From assembly GCF_002945325.1 (NCBI RefSeq), contig NZ_CP026606.1:1620001-1652000 (forward strand): DNA of 32,000 nt, written 5' to 3'. The position numbers and the translations under genes were made by a program. Below the pieces are notes generated by a model. The model saw nothing but the letters and a program-made list of their open reading frames with translations. It searched no databases and was not told the DNA's origin. This document shows positions 8,181 to 16,244 of this stretch, in pieces; within the stretch, counting starts at the first letter, position 1; every line of letters starts with the position of its first letter. This DNA comes from Methanococcus maripaludis. Lineage in GTDB: Archaea > AGJL01 > Methanococci > Methanococcales > Methanococcaceae.

Positions 8181-11100
8181 ATGGGCGGATGGACAGCTCA
8201 CGCGTTTATAGTTATTGATAAACCGGGTGAATATACGGTAACAACAGGTTTTGCAAACAATTCATTGGATAGCAATAGTATTGTATTTTTAATTAACAAT
8301 ACTGAAAATGTTACACTCGATTGTAACGAAATGTCTTTTACAACCAACACAACAAACTCAAGTATTCTGGTTTACGCTTACAATTCAAGCAATATTGTAG
8401 TTAAAAACATGAATGCTAACTGGTCTAAAGATACAATTATTTTTGAAAATGTTAATGATTCAACAATTGAAAACTCAGAAATTATTACTGAAGGCTATTC
8501 AATCAAGTTAGAAGATTCTTACGGAGCTACGATTTCAGGAAATGACATTACCGTTGCAAATGGTGAATACTACGGTATTTATGTTGACGGAAATCTTGAA
8601 AACGGCACTATTTTTGGAAATACAATTAATGTTACAAATAACAACAATGTTTGTGGTATCTACACAGTATCAAATATTACAAACAGCGTAATTTCAGGAA
8701 ATACCATTACAGTAAATACAGACCGTAATGCTTACGCTATTTGCGCTGATGAATATATTGTGGACTCAACGATTGAAAATAACGTAATCGATTTAGTTGC
8801 TGGCGATGATGGATATACTGAAGCTTTAGGTATTAGTGCCTACGACGAAGATATTCTCAATACCACAATTTCAGGAAATAACATTACAGCAGAGGCATAC
8901 TGGTGGGCCTGCGGTATTGACGCATACTATGTTATGTACTCAGAAATTGAAAATAACGTAATCAATGTTACTGCAAGGGGCAATGATGAGGTATACGCTG
9001 ACGGTATCTATGCAGATTATAATATTACCAACAACGTAATTTCAGGAAATAATATTACGGCATACTCAAACGACTGGGCTTGTGGTATTGACGCATACTC
9101 CGGTGACATCGTAGACTCAACAATCGAAGATAACGTAATCGACGTTTATGTCTATGATTATTATAACTACGGTGAAGCATTTGGTATCTACGCATATTAT
9201 AATATCAACAACACCGAAATTTTAAGAAATACACTCACAGCAAACGCATCGTACGAAGCTTACGGTATTTGCACATCTGATAATGATATCGTAGACTCAA
9301 CAATCGAAGATAACGTAATCGACCTTATCGCTAATGGTGAGTATTTCTACGAAAATCTTTACGCCTATACTTACGCTATTTGCGCAGATGATTATATCAA
9401 CAACAGCGTAATTTCAAGAAATATTATCACAGCAGAATCATGCTACGAAACTGATGGTATCGAAGCATACGATGAGAGTATAATAGATTCAACAATCGAA
9501 GATAACGTAATCGACCTTATCGCTACTGGTGATTCTAATTATATTTACGCCATATATGCTGATGAATACACGATAAACTCAAGCATCTCTGGAAATACCA
9601 TTACAGCAAACGCATCCGACGAAGCTTTTGGTGTTTATTTATACTACTATGTTACAAATACCACAATTTCTGATAACCAAGTCACTATTATTTCAGAGAG
9701 TGACAGTGAAGATGAAGCTTACGGTATTTACCTTTACTATGGTGCAGAAACCAGCATTATATCAAGTAACTCGGTTATAACTTATGGAAATTACTCACAT
9801 GGTATAGAATTCGATGATTATGGCGATATAATCAATGTAACAATTTCCGACAACACCATTACAACGTACGGTGAAGATGCTTATGGTATAAGTATCGAGT
9901 ACGACATGTATGACAGCATAATTACAGGAAATACTGTGAATACATTTGGAAATGATTCTTACGGTATTTACACTTACTACGATATATATGACAGTAAAAT
10001 TTCCGACAACACCATTACAACGTACGGTGATTATGCCTATGGTATAGAATTGTATGATGATGATTACTACAATGTAACGTTGGCGCAAAATACGGTCACA
10101 ACGTACGGTGAAGATGCTTATGGTATAAGTATCGAGTACGACATGTATGACAGCATAATTACAGGAAATACTGTGAATACATTTGGAAATGATTCTTACG
10201 GTATTTACACGTACTACTCTGTTACAAATACGACAATTTCGAGTAACACAGTCACAACAGAAGGATCATGGGCTTACGGTATCTACATCTACGACGATCC
10301 ACTCATAGATTCGACAATTTCCGACAACGCAGTGACAACAGCCGGATACGAAGCTTACGGTATTTACATTGAATATGGGGCTGAAAACAGCAATATCTCA
10401 GGTAACACGGTTATAACAAATGGTGAAGATACTTACGCTCTTTATTTATATGATGTAACAACTTCGTCCATATTTGAAAACACATTCACCTCAGGTGATT
10501 ATGCAATATACATTAACAGCTCAGAAGAAAACAGATTCTACTTAAATAACATTGATGGATTATTAAACAATGGAACAGACAACTACTTTGTTTCAAGTGA
10601 AACAATAACTTACAGCTACAATGGAAAATCATACACCAGTATTCTTGGAAACTATTGGGTAGGTTATGATGAATCTGATACGAATGGTGACGGTATAATC
10701 GATACACCATACACACTAAACGGTACAAATGATACAAAACCACTCGCTGACATGTGGAATGACGGTGAAATTGGAAACTACGTTGCACCATCAAGATCAT
10801 CCGGCGGTAGTGGAAGAAGTTACGATTCAGACATTTCAGATGAAATCGAATCAAAAGTTATTAAAAACTTCGTTTCAAGTGCAACCGTGCTCTTTGGAAA
10901 CGGAATTGATGAACAATATGCAGTTCAATTACGAGAAAGAGTAACCGATGCAAACGGCTACACAATTTCTGGAAATGCAGTAATTGTTGGTGGGCCAAAC
11001 GCAAATGGCTTTGCAAAAGAATACAACGACCAGTTTGAAATGCCAATTTCAAACGACTATCCTGGTGAAAACAGGGGAATTATTCAGGTTATGGATATTC

Positions 11101-11267
11101 AAGACAACTCTGGAACAATCATTAGAAGTTATACAATTGTATATATTGCAGGAAGTGACAGATTAGGAACACAAGCTGCTTTAGAATACTTTAAAACTTT
11201 GGATGAGTTGCCAGAAGGCCCAATCATGATTGAATGGACTGCAAATGGACCTGTAGTTGTTGAATAA
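8181..11267 (+). CDS. Large secreted parallel beta-helix (PbH1/NosD-like) repeat protein with S-layer/cell-wall-binding-like C-terminal domain; adhesin-like surface protein, apparently frameshifted at its 5' end
   Basis: About 780 aa of 26-30-residue coils (I-S-G-N-x-I-T ... A-Y-G-I-Y) precede the GNYWVGYDESDTNGDGIIDTPY cap typical of NosD-type beta-helices. A Ser/Gly linker follows, then about 190 aa with VIVGGPNANGF and IAGSDRLGTQAALEY motifs. N-x-S/T sequons are very dense. Coordinates are the ORF as given; the true start is probably TTG 8081 after frame correction. Confidence 0.8.
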   Translation: MGGWTAHAFIVIDKPGEYTVTTGFANNSLDSNSIVFLINNTENVTLDCNEMSFTTNTTNSSILVYAYNSSNIVVKNMNANWSKDTIIFENVNDSTIENSEIITEGYSIKLEDSYGATISGNDITVANGEYYGIYVDGNLENGTIFGNTINVTNNNNVCGIYTVSNITNSVISGNTITVNTDRNAYAICADEYIVDSTIENNVIDLVAGDDGYTEALGISAYDEDILNTTISGNNITAEAYWWACGIDAYYVMYSEIENNVINVTARGNDEVYADGIYADYNITNNVISGNNITAYSNDWACGIDAYSGDIVDSTIEDNVIDVYVYDYYNYGEAFGIYAYYNINNTEILRNTLTANASYEAYGICTSDNDIVDSTIEDNVIDLIANGEYFYENLYAYTYAICADDYINNSVISRNIITAESCYETDGIEAYDESIIDSTIEDNVIDLIATGDSNYIYAIYADEYTINSSISGNTITANASDEAFGVYLYYYVTNTTISDNQVTIISESDSEDEAYGIYLYYGAETSIISSNSVITYGNYSHGIEFDDYGDIINVTISDNTITTYGEDAYGISIEYDMYDSIITGNTVNTFGNDSYGIYTYYDIYDSKISDNTITTYGDYAYGIELYDDDYYNVTLAQNTVTTYGEDAYGISIEYDMYDSIITGNTVNTFGNDSYGIYTYYSVTNTTISSNTVTTEGSWAYGIYIYDDPLIDSTISDNAVTTAGYEAYGIYIEYGAENSNISGNTVITNGEDTYALYLYDVTTSSIFENTFTSGDYAIYINSSEENRFYLNNIDGLLNNGTDNYFVSSETITYSYNGKSYTSILGNYWVGYDESDTNGDGIIDTPYTLNGTNDTKPLADMWNDGEIGNYVAPSRSSGGSGRSYDSDISDEIESKVIKNFVSSATVLFGNGIDEQYAVQLRERVTDANGYTISGNAVIVGGPNANGFAKEYNDQFEMPISNDYPGENRGIIQVMDIQDNSGTIIRSYTIVYIAGSDRLGTQAALEYFKTLDELPEGPIMIEWTANGPVVVE
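9842..10217 (+). repeat. Intragenic direct repeats: 113-nt perfect copy (9861-9973 = 10098-10210), extending to 120 nt with 1 mismatch, plus a 33-nt perfect copy (9842-9874 = 9998-10030)
   Basis: Read directly by aligning the text. The offsets of 237 nt (79 codons, three beta-helix coils) and 156 nt (52 codons, two coils) both preserve the reading frame. Confidence 0.95.
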
Positions 11268-11285
11268 CTTATTAAAAAAATAAAA

Positions 11286-11306
11286 TTTTCTTTTTTTCTG
11301 ATTTTT
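11286..11306 (+). terminator. Oligo-T tracts after the surface-protein gene
   Basis: TTTTCTTTTTTTCTGATTTTT begins 19 nt after the stop codon. Confidence 0.4.
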
Positions 11307-11407
11307 AAATTGAATTTAAAACGAACAATTTCTTTATATATCATTTTCATATAATTTTTAAATACGATTATTGATTTTTGATTTAATTTTTATTTTAAAA
11401 TTTATGC

Positions 11408-12901
11408 GTGATACTTGTGAAGACTTTTACAATTACTGTAAAAAAAACAGAAGGATTTAAAAAATTTGAAGTTCCGGTAGGACTCACAGTTTTAGATGCT
11501 CTTGAATATATCAATAAAACTTACGGCGAAAATATTCAATTCAGGTCGTCATGTAAGGCCGGGCAGTGTGGAAGCTGTGCAGTGATGATAAATAAAAAAT
11601 CAAAGCTTGCATGTAAAACCAAAGTCGAAGATAATATGATTATCGAGCCTCTTGAAGGTTTTGACGTAATTTCCGACCTCGTAGTTGACAGAGAACCATA
11701 TTATAAAAAAATTGGAACACTTAGAAATTACATTCAAAAAAAGAATGAGAAAATTACCGAAAAAGAATTGGACGGGTTAAAATTATATCCTGATGATTTA
11801 AAGGATGTAAAAAAAATCAGGGGATGTATTGATTGTTTAAGCTGCATTGCAATGTGTCCTGCAAGAAAATATTCTAATTATCCCGGACCCACATTAATGA
11901 GACAGCTTGCAAGATTTGCATTTGACCCAAAAGACGAAATTGATAGAGAAAAGGAAGCATTTGACGAAAATATTTACAACTGTACAACTTGTGGACGCTG
12001 TGTTGAAGTCTGTCCAAAAGAGATAGATATTGTCCACAATGCAGTTGAAAAATTGCGGGAAAAAACATTTAAAAAAGGATACAATTTAGACAGCCACCTT
12101 GAAGTTAGAAAAAACGTGCTGTCACAAAATAGGTCAGTTCCAAAAGAAAAAACTTCATTTTTAGAAGAAGTTTCAGATGAATACATCGTAGAAAATGAAA
12201 AAATGAGGGTTGCATTTTTTACAGGATGCCTTGTTGATTTCAGACTTCAAGAAATTGGAAAAAGTGCAATAAGGGTTTTAAATGCACACGGGGTTTCCGT
12301 AATTATTCCTAAAAATCAAGTATGCTGTGGATCGCCATTTATTCGTACAGGTCAGACTGATATTTCAGAAAGTCTAAAAAAACAAAATCTTGAAATTTTT
12401 AATGATCTAAATGTTGATTCTGTAGTTACATTGTGTGCTGGTTGCGGAAGCACTTTAAAGAACGATTACAAAGAAAAAGAATTCAAAGTAATGGATATTA
12501 CGGAAGTTTTAGTTAAAGTTGGTTTAATTGATTACAAACCACTGGATATTACGGTAACATATCACGACCCATGCCACCTTAGGCGCGGTCAAAAAGTATA
12601 CCTCGAACCTCGTAAAATATTGGAAAGCATTCCAAAGCTGAAATTCCTTGAAATGGAAATTCCGGACCAGTGTTGTGGAGCAGGTGGCGGAGTAAGGTCT
12701 GGAAAACCTGAAGTAGCTGACGCAATAGGTAAAAGAAAAGCAAATATGATTTATGCAACTGATGCAGATTATTTAATTACCGTATGTCCGTTTTGTGAAT
12801 ACCACATAAGAGATAGTTTAACAAAATATCTTAAAGAACACGGGTTAAAAAAAGATATTCCTGTAATGAATATAATTTCACTGCTTGATAAAGTGATTTA
12901 A
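11408..12901 (+). CDS. tfrB: Thiol:fumarate reductase subunit B type protein (FrdB-like Fe-S domain fused to HdrB-like CCG domains)
   Basis: The N-terminus has a 2Fe-2S ferredoxin motif (SSCKAGQCGSCAV) and two 4Fe-4S motifs (CIDCLSCIAMCP, CTTCGRCVEVCP) as in FrdB/SdhB. The C-terminal half has two CCG-type cysteine motifs (CCGSPF...CAGCG; CCGAGGG...CPFCEYH) as in HdrB. The start is GTG 11408, or GTG 11417 behind a GTGAT RBS-like sequence. Confidence 0.8.
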   Translation: MILVKTFTITVKKTEGFKKFEVPVGLTVLDALEYINKTYGENIQFRSSCKAGQCGSCAVMINKKSKLACKTKVEDNMIIEPLEGFDVISDLVVDREPYYKKIGTLRNYIQKKNEKITEKELDGLKLYPDDLKDVKKIRGCIDCLSCIAMCPARKYSNYPGPTLMRQLARFAFDPKDEIDREKEAFDENIYNCTTCGRCVEVCPKEIDIVHNAVEKLREKTFKKGYNLDSHLEVRKNVLSQNRSVPKEKTSFLEEVSDEYIVENEKMRVAFFTGCLVDFRLQEIGKSAIRVLNAHGVSVIIPKNQVCCGSPFIRTGQTDISESLKKQNLEIFNDLNVDSVVTLCAGCGSTLKNDYKEKEFKVMDITEVLVKVGLIDYKPLDITVTYHDPCHLRRGQKVYLEPRKILESIPKLKFLEMEIPDQCCGAGGGVRSGKPEVADAIGKRKANMIYATDADYLITVCPFCEYHIRDSLTKYLKEHGLKKDIPVMNIISLLDKVI

Positions 12902-12919
12902 AACAAAAAATCAAATAAT

Positions 12920-13381
12920 TTATTCTTTTTTTATTTTTTCAGTAACTTCTATTCCATAAATTTGGGTGTCCGGGTACTGTCCAAATTCATCTTTTTCAAT
13001 TGCTTTTACCATGTCCCAAATCGTTAAAAGTGCAACAGAAACCCCTGTTAAACTCTCCATCTCGATTCCAGTTTTGTAAGTTGCTTTTACTCTTGTTTCT
13101 GCTTTTATTCTGTCTTCAAAAATCTCAAAGTTAACTTTTATAGATTCAATTGGAAGCGGGTGGCACATTGGAATGATATTTGAGGTGTTTTTAACTGCCA
13201 TAACCCCTGCAACCTGAGCAGTGGTTAAAACATCGCCTTTTATAAGTTCTTTTTTCGTAATTTTTTCAATGGTTGATTTTTTAAGTTTTATAAAACCAAC
13301 TGCTGTACAAATTCGTTCGACATCCTTTTTATTGGAAACATCGACCATTTTTACGCCATTTTCATCAACATGTGTAAGCAC
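12920..13381 (-). CDS. moaC: Cyclic pyranopterin monophosphate synthase MoaC
   Basis: [18 protein letters not shown]-terminus, IPMCHPLP and [21 protein letters not shown] motifs. MoaC similarity begins at GTG 13381; the extra 68 codons of the 221-aa track ORF are rejected. Confidence 0.85.
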   Translation of the reverse strand: MLTHVDENGVKMVDVSNKKDVERICTAVGFIKLKKSTIEKITKKELIKGDVLTTAQVAGVMAVKNTSNIIPMCHPLPIESIKVNFEIFEDRIKAETRVKATYKTGIEMESLTGVSVALLTIWDMVKAIEKDEFGQYPDTQIYGIEVTEKIKKE

Positions 13382-13490
13382 TATAATCGCCTTTTTTGAA
13401 TGAATAAAATAGATAACATTAAGAAAAAGAATATTCGTATATAGACATGTGATTTTATTTAAGTTATTTGATTTACACGTTGTGAAATTG

Positions 13491-13925
13491 ATGAAAATTG
13501 ATGGGCTTACTGAAAAAATACTTACACTGCTTAAAAAACACAGCACTACTCGAGAGATTGCAGCTGAACTTGAAACCCACCCCAAAAATATTGATAGATA
13601 TATCCGTGTATTAAGGGATCTCGGGTTTGTCGAAACTAAAAAAGGGAAAACCGGTGGAGTTTTTTTAACTAACGAAGGAAGGTACGTTTTAAAGAAAAAA
13701 AATATAAATTTAATTACAATTAAGGTTCAGGTAGTTGCAGAGGATAAAATAGGGCTTTTGGCAAGCATATCATCTAAAATTTCCGAGATAAATGGAAATA
13801 TTTTATCGACCACACTTGAAAAGGAAGGAAATAAAGTAAGGGTCTGGCTGGTTATAGAAAATCTTGAATTTAATGATTTAAAAGACAATTTAAAAGAAAT
13901 AACTGATAAAGTGGTGCTTTTATGA
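13491..13925 (+). CDS. Winged-helix DNA-binding domain fused to an ACT ligand-binding domain (putative small-molecule-responsive regulator)
   Basis: wHTH segment [36 protein letters not shown]-like beta-alpha-beta-beta-alpha-beta segment [33 protein letters not shown]...[11 protein letters not shown] 13491 behind GTGAA is preferred to the GTG at 13449. Confidence 0.7.
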   Translation: MKIDGLTEKILTLLKKHSTTREIAAELETHPKNIDRYIRVLRDLGFVETKKGKTGGVFLTNEGRYVLKKKNINLITIKVQVVAEDKIGLLASISSKISEINGNILSTTLEKEGNKVRVWLVIENLEFNDLKDNLKEITDKVVLL

Positions 13926-14485
13926 TCGAAGTTGAAATAAAGGTTAGTTTAAAAGACGAAGATTCTAAAAAAATACTCGAAAAACTAAAAAGTTTAGGTT
14001 TTGAAAAAGAAGAAACAAAAGAACAGGTTGATACATATTTTAACGGGATAGATCGGGATTTTCAGGTAACTGACGAGGCATTGAGGATAAGAAAATCTTT
14101 AAATCTTGATTCAAACAAAGGAACAATATATGTTACATACAAAGGTAAAAAATTAGATTCAATTTCAAAAACAAGAGAAGAAATTGAAGTAGAAATTTTG
14201 GACATGGATTTAATGTACAATATTTTTGAAAAACTTGGATTTAAACCAGTTCACCCGATCAGGAAAATAAGAAAAATTTACAAAAAAGAGGATATTGAAG
14301 TTTCATTTGACACCGTGGATTGTGTTGGGGATTATCTTGAAATCGAAAAAGTTGTAGATGATGATTCAAAAAGGGAGCAGGCTCTTTTAGAACTTTTAGA
14401 TTTACTGAAAAGTTTAAATATTAGTAATGATAAATTGGAAAAGAGATCTTATTTAGAATTATGGAGAGGGAACTGTGGAAAATAG
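13922..14485 (+). CDS. CYTH-domain protein (triphosphate tunnel metalloenzyme; class IV adenylate cyclase CyaB-like)
   Basis: The N-terminal ExExK signature (MIEVEIKV) is followed by basic strands (EALRIRK, TYKGKK) and acidic strands (EEIEVEI, GDYLEIE) typical of the CYTH tunnel. The start overlaps the upstream stop in ATGA. Confidence 0.8.
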   Translation: MIEVEIKVSLKDEDSKKILEKLKSLGFEKEETKEQVDTYFNGIDRDFQVTDEALRIRKSLNLDSNKGTIYVTYKGKKLDSISKTREEIEVEILDMDLMYNIFEKLGFKPVHPIRKIRKIYKKEDIEVSFDTVDCVGDYLEIEKVVDDDSKREQALLELLDLLKSLNISNDKLEKRSYLELWRGNCGK

Positions 14486-14540
14486 GAAATTGGTTGCATT
14501 ATTTATCGGATTGGCAATGATATGTTCTACGATCCCGCTG

Positions 14541-14548
14541 TTTTTTTT
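14541..14548 (+). terminator. T8 run in the convergent intergenic region after the CYTH gene
   Basis: A T8 run lies 56 nt after the stop. Matching A7 runs at 14595-14612 would serve as oligo-T terminators for the convergent minus-strand leuA-type gene. Confidence 0.4.
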
Positions 14549-14616
14549 ACATTAATTTAATTTTTAAAACTTAACTTAATTTTTTTAACTAATTTAAAAA
14601 AAGTAAAAAAATGGAA

Positions 14617-16161
14617 TTAACCCATTAATTTGTTTATTCCATCGATAACTGCTTCTACTGATGCTTTAACAACGTCATCGCCAGTAGCTTTTGCTATAAC
14701 TTCTTTTTCTTGATTTTCAAGTCTAACTGTAACTTCTGCAATGGCGTCGGTTCCTCCAGAAATTGCGCTGATGTTGTATTCGTTTAATCGGATATTTTCA
14801 CCAACTGCTGCCTGAATTGCTTTTAGTGCAGCATCAACAGGTCCTACTCCAAGTTCAGATGTTTTATAAATCTTATCTTTTACTTTCAATGCAACGCTTG
14901 CAGTTGGAAGCACATTATTTCCAGTCATTACTGCAAACTGTTCTAAATCAACTATTCTTTCCGATTTGAGTGTTCTTTTCGTAATATCTTCTGCAATTGC
15001 CATTACATCTGCATCTGTTACGATTTTTCCTTTGTCGCCAATTGCTTTTACTCTTTCAACTATTTCATGAAACTGCTCTTCTGAAACAATTTCACCAACT
15101 TCAACACCGATTTCTGAGAGTTTTGATTTTATTGCATGAGCACCACTGTGTTTTCCAAGAACAATTCTACGTCTGTTTCCAACTATTTCTGGATCAATTG
15201 GTTCGTATGTTAAGGCATTTGCTAAAACACCGTGTGCGTGAATTCCACTTTCGTGTGCAAATGAATTTTCACCAACAATAGCTTTATTAGGTTGTGTTTT
15301 AATTCCGGTGTAGTGTGAAACCAGTTTTGAGAGTTTTGTTAACATTTTTGTATTTACATTAGTGTTAATTCCATAAACCATGTTTAATGTCATCACTGTT
15401 TCTTCTAATGATGCATTTCCTGCTCTTTCACCAAGGCCGTTTACAGTACAGTGCACCTGTTCGGCTCCAGCTTCAACTGCTGCAACAGAGTTTGATACCG
15501 CAATTCCAAAGTCGTTGTGGCAGTGTACAGATATTGGAACGTTTATATCGTTTTTTAATTCTTTTATTAAATAAGACATCGAATTTGGAACCATAACTCC
15601 AACGGTATCTGGAACATTTATCCTGTCAGCTCCAGCTTCAACTGCTTTTTTGTAAACTTCTTTTAAGTAATCAAGTTCCGTTCTTGTAGCATCTTCCGCG
15701 GAAAATTCTACAATTACACCGTGTTCTTTGATATATTCGATAGATTCAACTGCAATATCGATAATCTTTTCTTTACTCATTTTTAGTTTGTATTCCCTGT
15801 GCAGTGGAGAAGTAGCAATAAACGTGTGGATACTGTCAACTCCACAGTCAATTGCAATATCGATATCTTTTTTAACGGCTCTTGCAAGTCCGCAGATTTC
15901 TGCATCCAGCCCTAGAGACGTTATATTTTTAATAGATTCCTGTTCTCCTTCTGAAGAAACTGGAAAGCCTGCTTCTATTGCATCAACACCGATTTCACTT
16001 AGATTTTTTGCAATATCCATTTTTTGTTCAGGCATTAGGGAGACTCCTGGAGTTTGTTCTCCATCCCTTAGCGTAGTATCAAAAACACGTACTTTTTCTG
16101 GCAGTTTCATTGATTTTAGGGAGTTTTTGATAATTTCGTTGCTGTTTAAATAAGATTCCAT
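14617..16161 (-). CDS. leuA: 2-isopropylmalate synthase family (LeuA/CimA type with C-terminal regulatory domain)
   Basis: DTTLRDGEQ and [10 protein letters not shown] catalytic motifs of the DRE-TIM HMGL-like fold, plus a roughly 130-aa C-terminal LeuA-dimer/regulatory domain. ATG 16161 behind GGTGAT. LeuA and citramalate synthase cannot be separated by eye. Confidence 0.8.
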   Translation of the reverse strand: MESYLNSNEIIKNSLKSMKLPEKVRVFDTTLRDGEQTPGVSLMPEQKMDIAKNLSEIGVDAIEAGFPVSSEGEQESIKNITSLGLDAEICGLARAVKKDIDIAIDCGVDSIHTFIATSPLHREYKLKMSKEKIIDIAVESIEYIKEHGVIVEFSAEDATRTELDYLKEVYKKAVEAGADRINVPDTVGVMVPNSMSYLIKELKNDINVPISVHCHNDFGIAVSNSVAAVEAGAEQVHCTVNGLGERAGNASLEETVMTLNMVYGINTNVNTKMLTKLSKLVSHYTGIKTQPNKAIVGENSFAHESGIHAHGVLANALTYEPIDPEIVGNRRRIVLGKHSGAHAIKSKLSEIGVEVGEIVSEEQFHEIVERVKAIGDKGKIVTDADVMAIAEDITKRTLKSERIVDLEQFAVMTGNNVLPTASVALKVKDKIYKTSELGVGPVDAALKAIQAAVGENIRLNEYNISAISGGTDAIAEVTVRLENQEKEVIAKATGDDVVKASVEAVIDGINKLMG

Positions 16162-16244
16162 AAATATCACCATTACAATGGAGCAGAAATATTTGAATAA
16201 TATGATTTTAAAAAGAATTTAAAAATAATAGGGTAAAGAACTAT

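Noticed and set aside
8500-10450. Regular 75-90-nt sequence periodicity that could superficially resemble a repeat-spacer array
   Set aside because: The periodicity is in frame in a continuous ORF and corresponds to beta-helix coils. The repeats are degenerate at the DNA level apart from the recent duplications, and no cas genes are present. It is not a CRISPR array.
9795-11350. Cluster of short ORFs on both strands within and just after the surface-protein gene (9795-10088, 10513-10854, 10729-10944, 10861-11052, 10984-11166, 11129-11350)
   Set aside because: All overlap the long, internally consistent beta-helix ORF in other frames or antisense. Their translations are His/Cys/Leu-rich nonsense without start-site support.
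11404-11460. 18-codon upstream ORF (MRDTCEDFYNYCKKNRRI) overlapping the tfrB start in another frame
   Set aside because: It has no RBS, it is short, and it is plausibly a chance ORF in AT-rich sequence. The tfrB frame starts 4 nt later.
13382-13585. 68-codon N-terminal extension of the moaC ORF (track ORF 12920-13585, 221 aa)
   Set aside because: The extension ([20 protein letters not shown]...) is low-complexity and has no MoaC similarity. It runs antisense across the start of the divergent wHTH-ACT gene and its promoter. MoaC homology starts exactly at GTG 13381 (VLTHVDENG).
14475-14555. 26-codon hydrophobic micro-ORF (GTG; MENRKLVALFIGLAMICSTIPLFFLH) overlapping the CYTH gene stop, with GGAGAGGG 4 nt upstream
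   Set aside because: The hydrophobic residues are largely a by-product of translating the T-rich terminator region, and the RBS-like string lies inside CYTH coding sequence. There is no way to support it without conservation or ribosome-profiling data.
15728-16153. 141-aa plus-strand ORF (and 14997-15281, 15380-15596) inside the leuA-type gene
   Set aside because: These are antisense shadow ORFs of a strongly supported gene. They are Ser/Ile/Phe-rich, lack an RBS and have no family resemblance.
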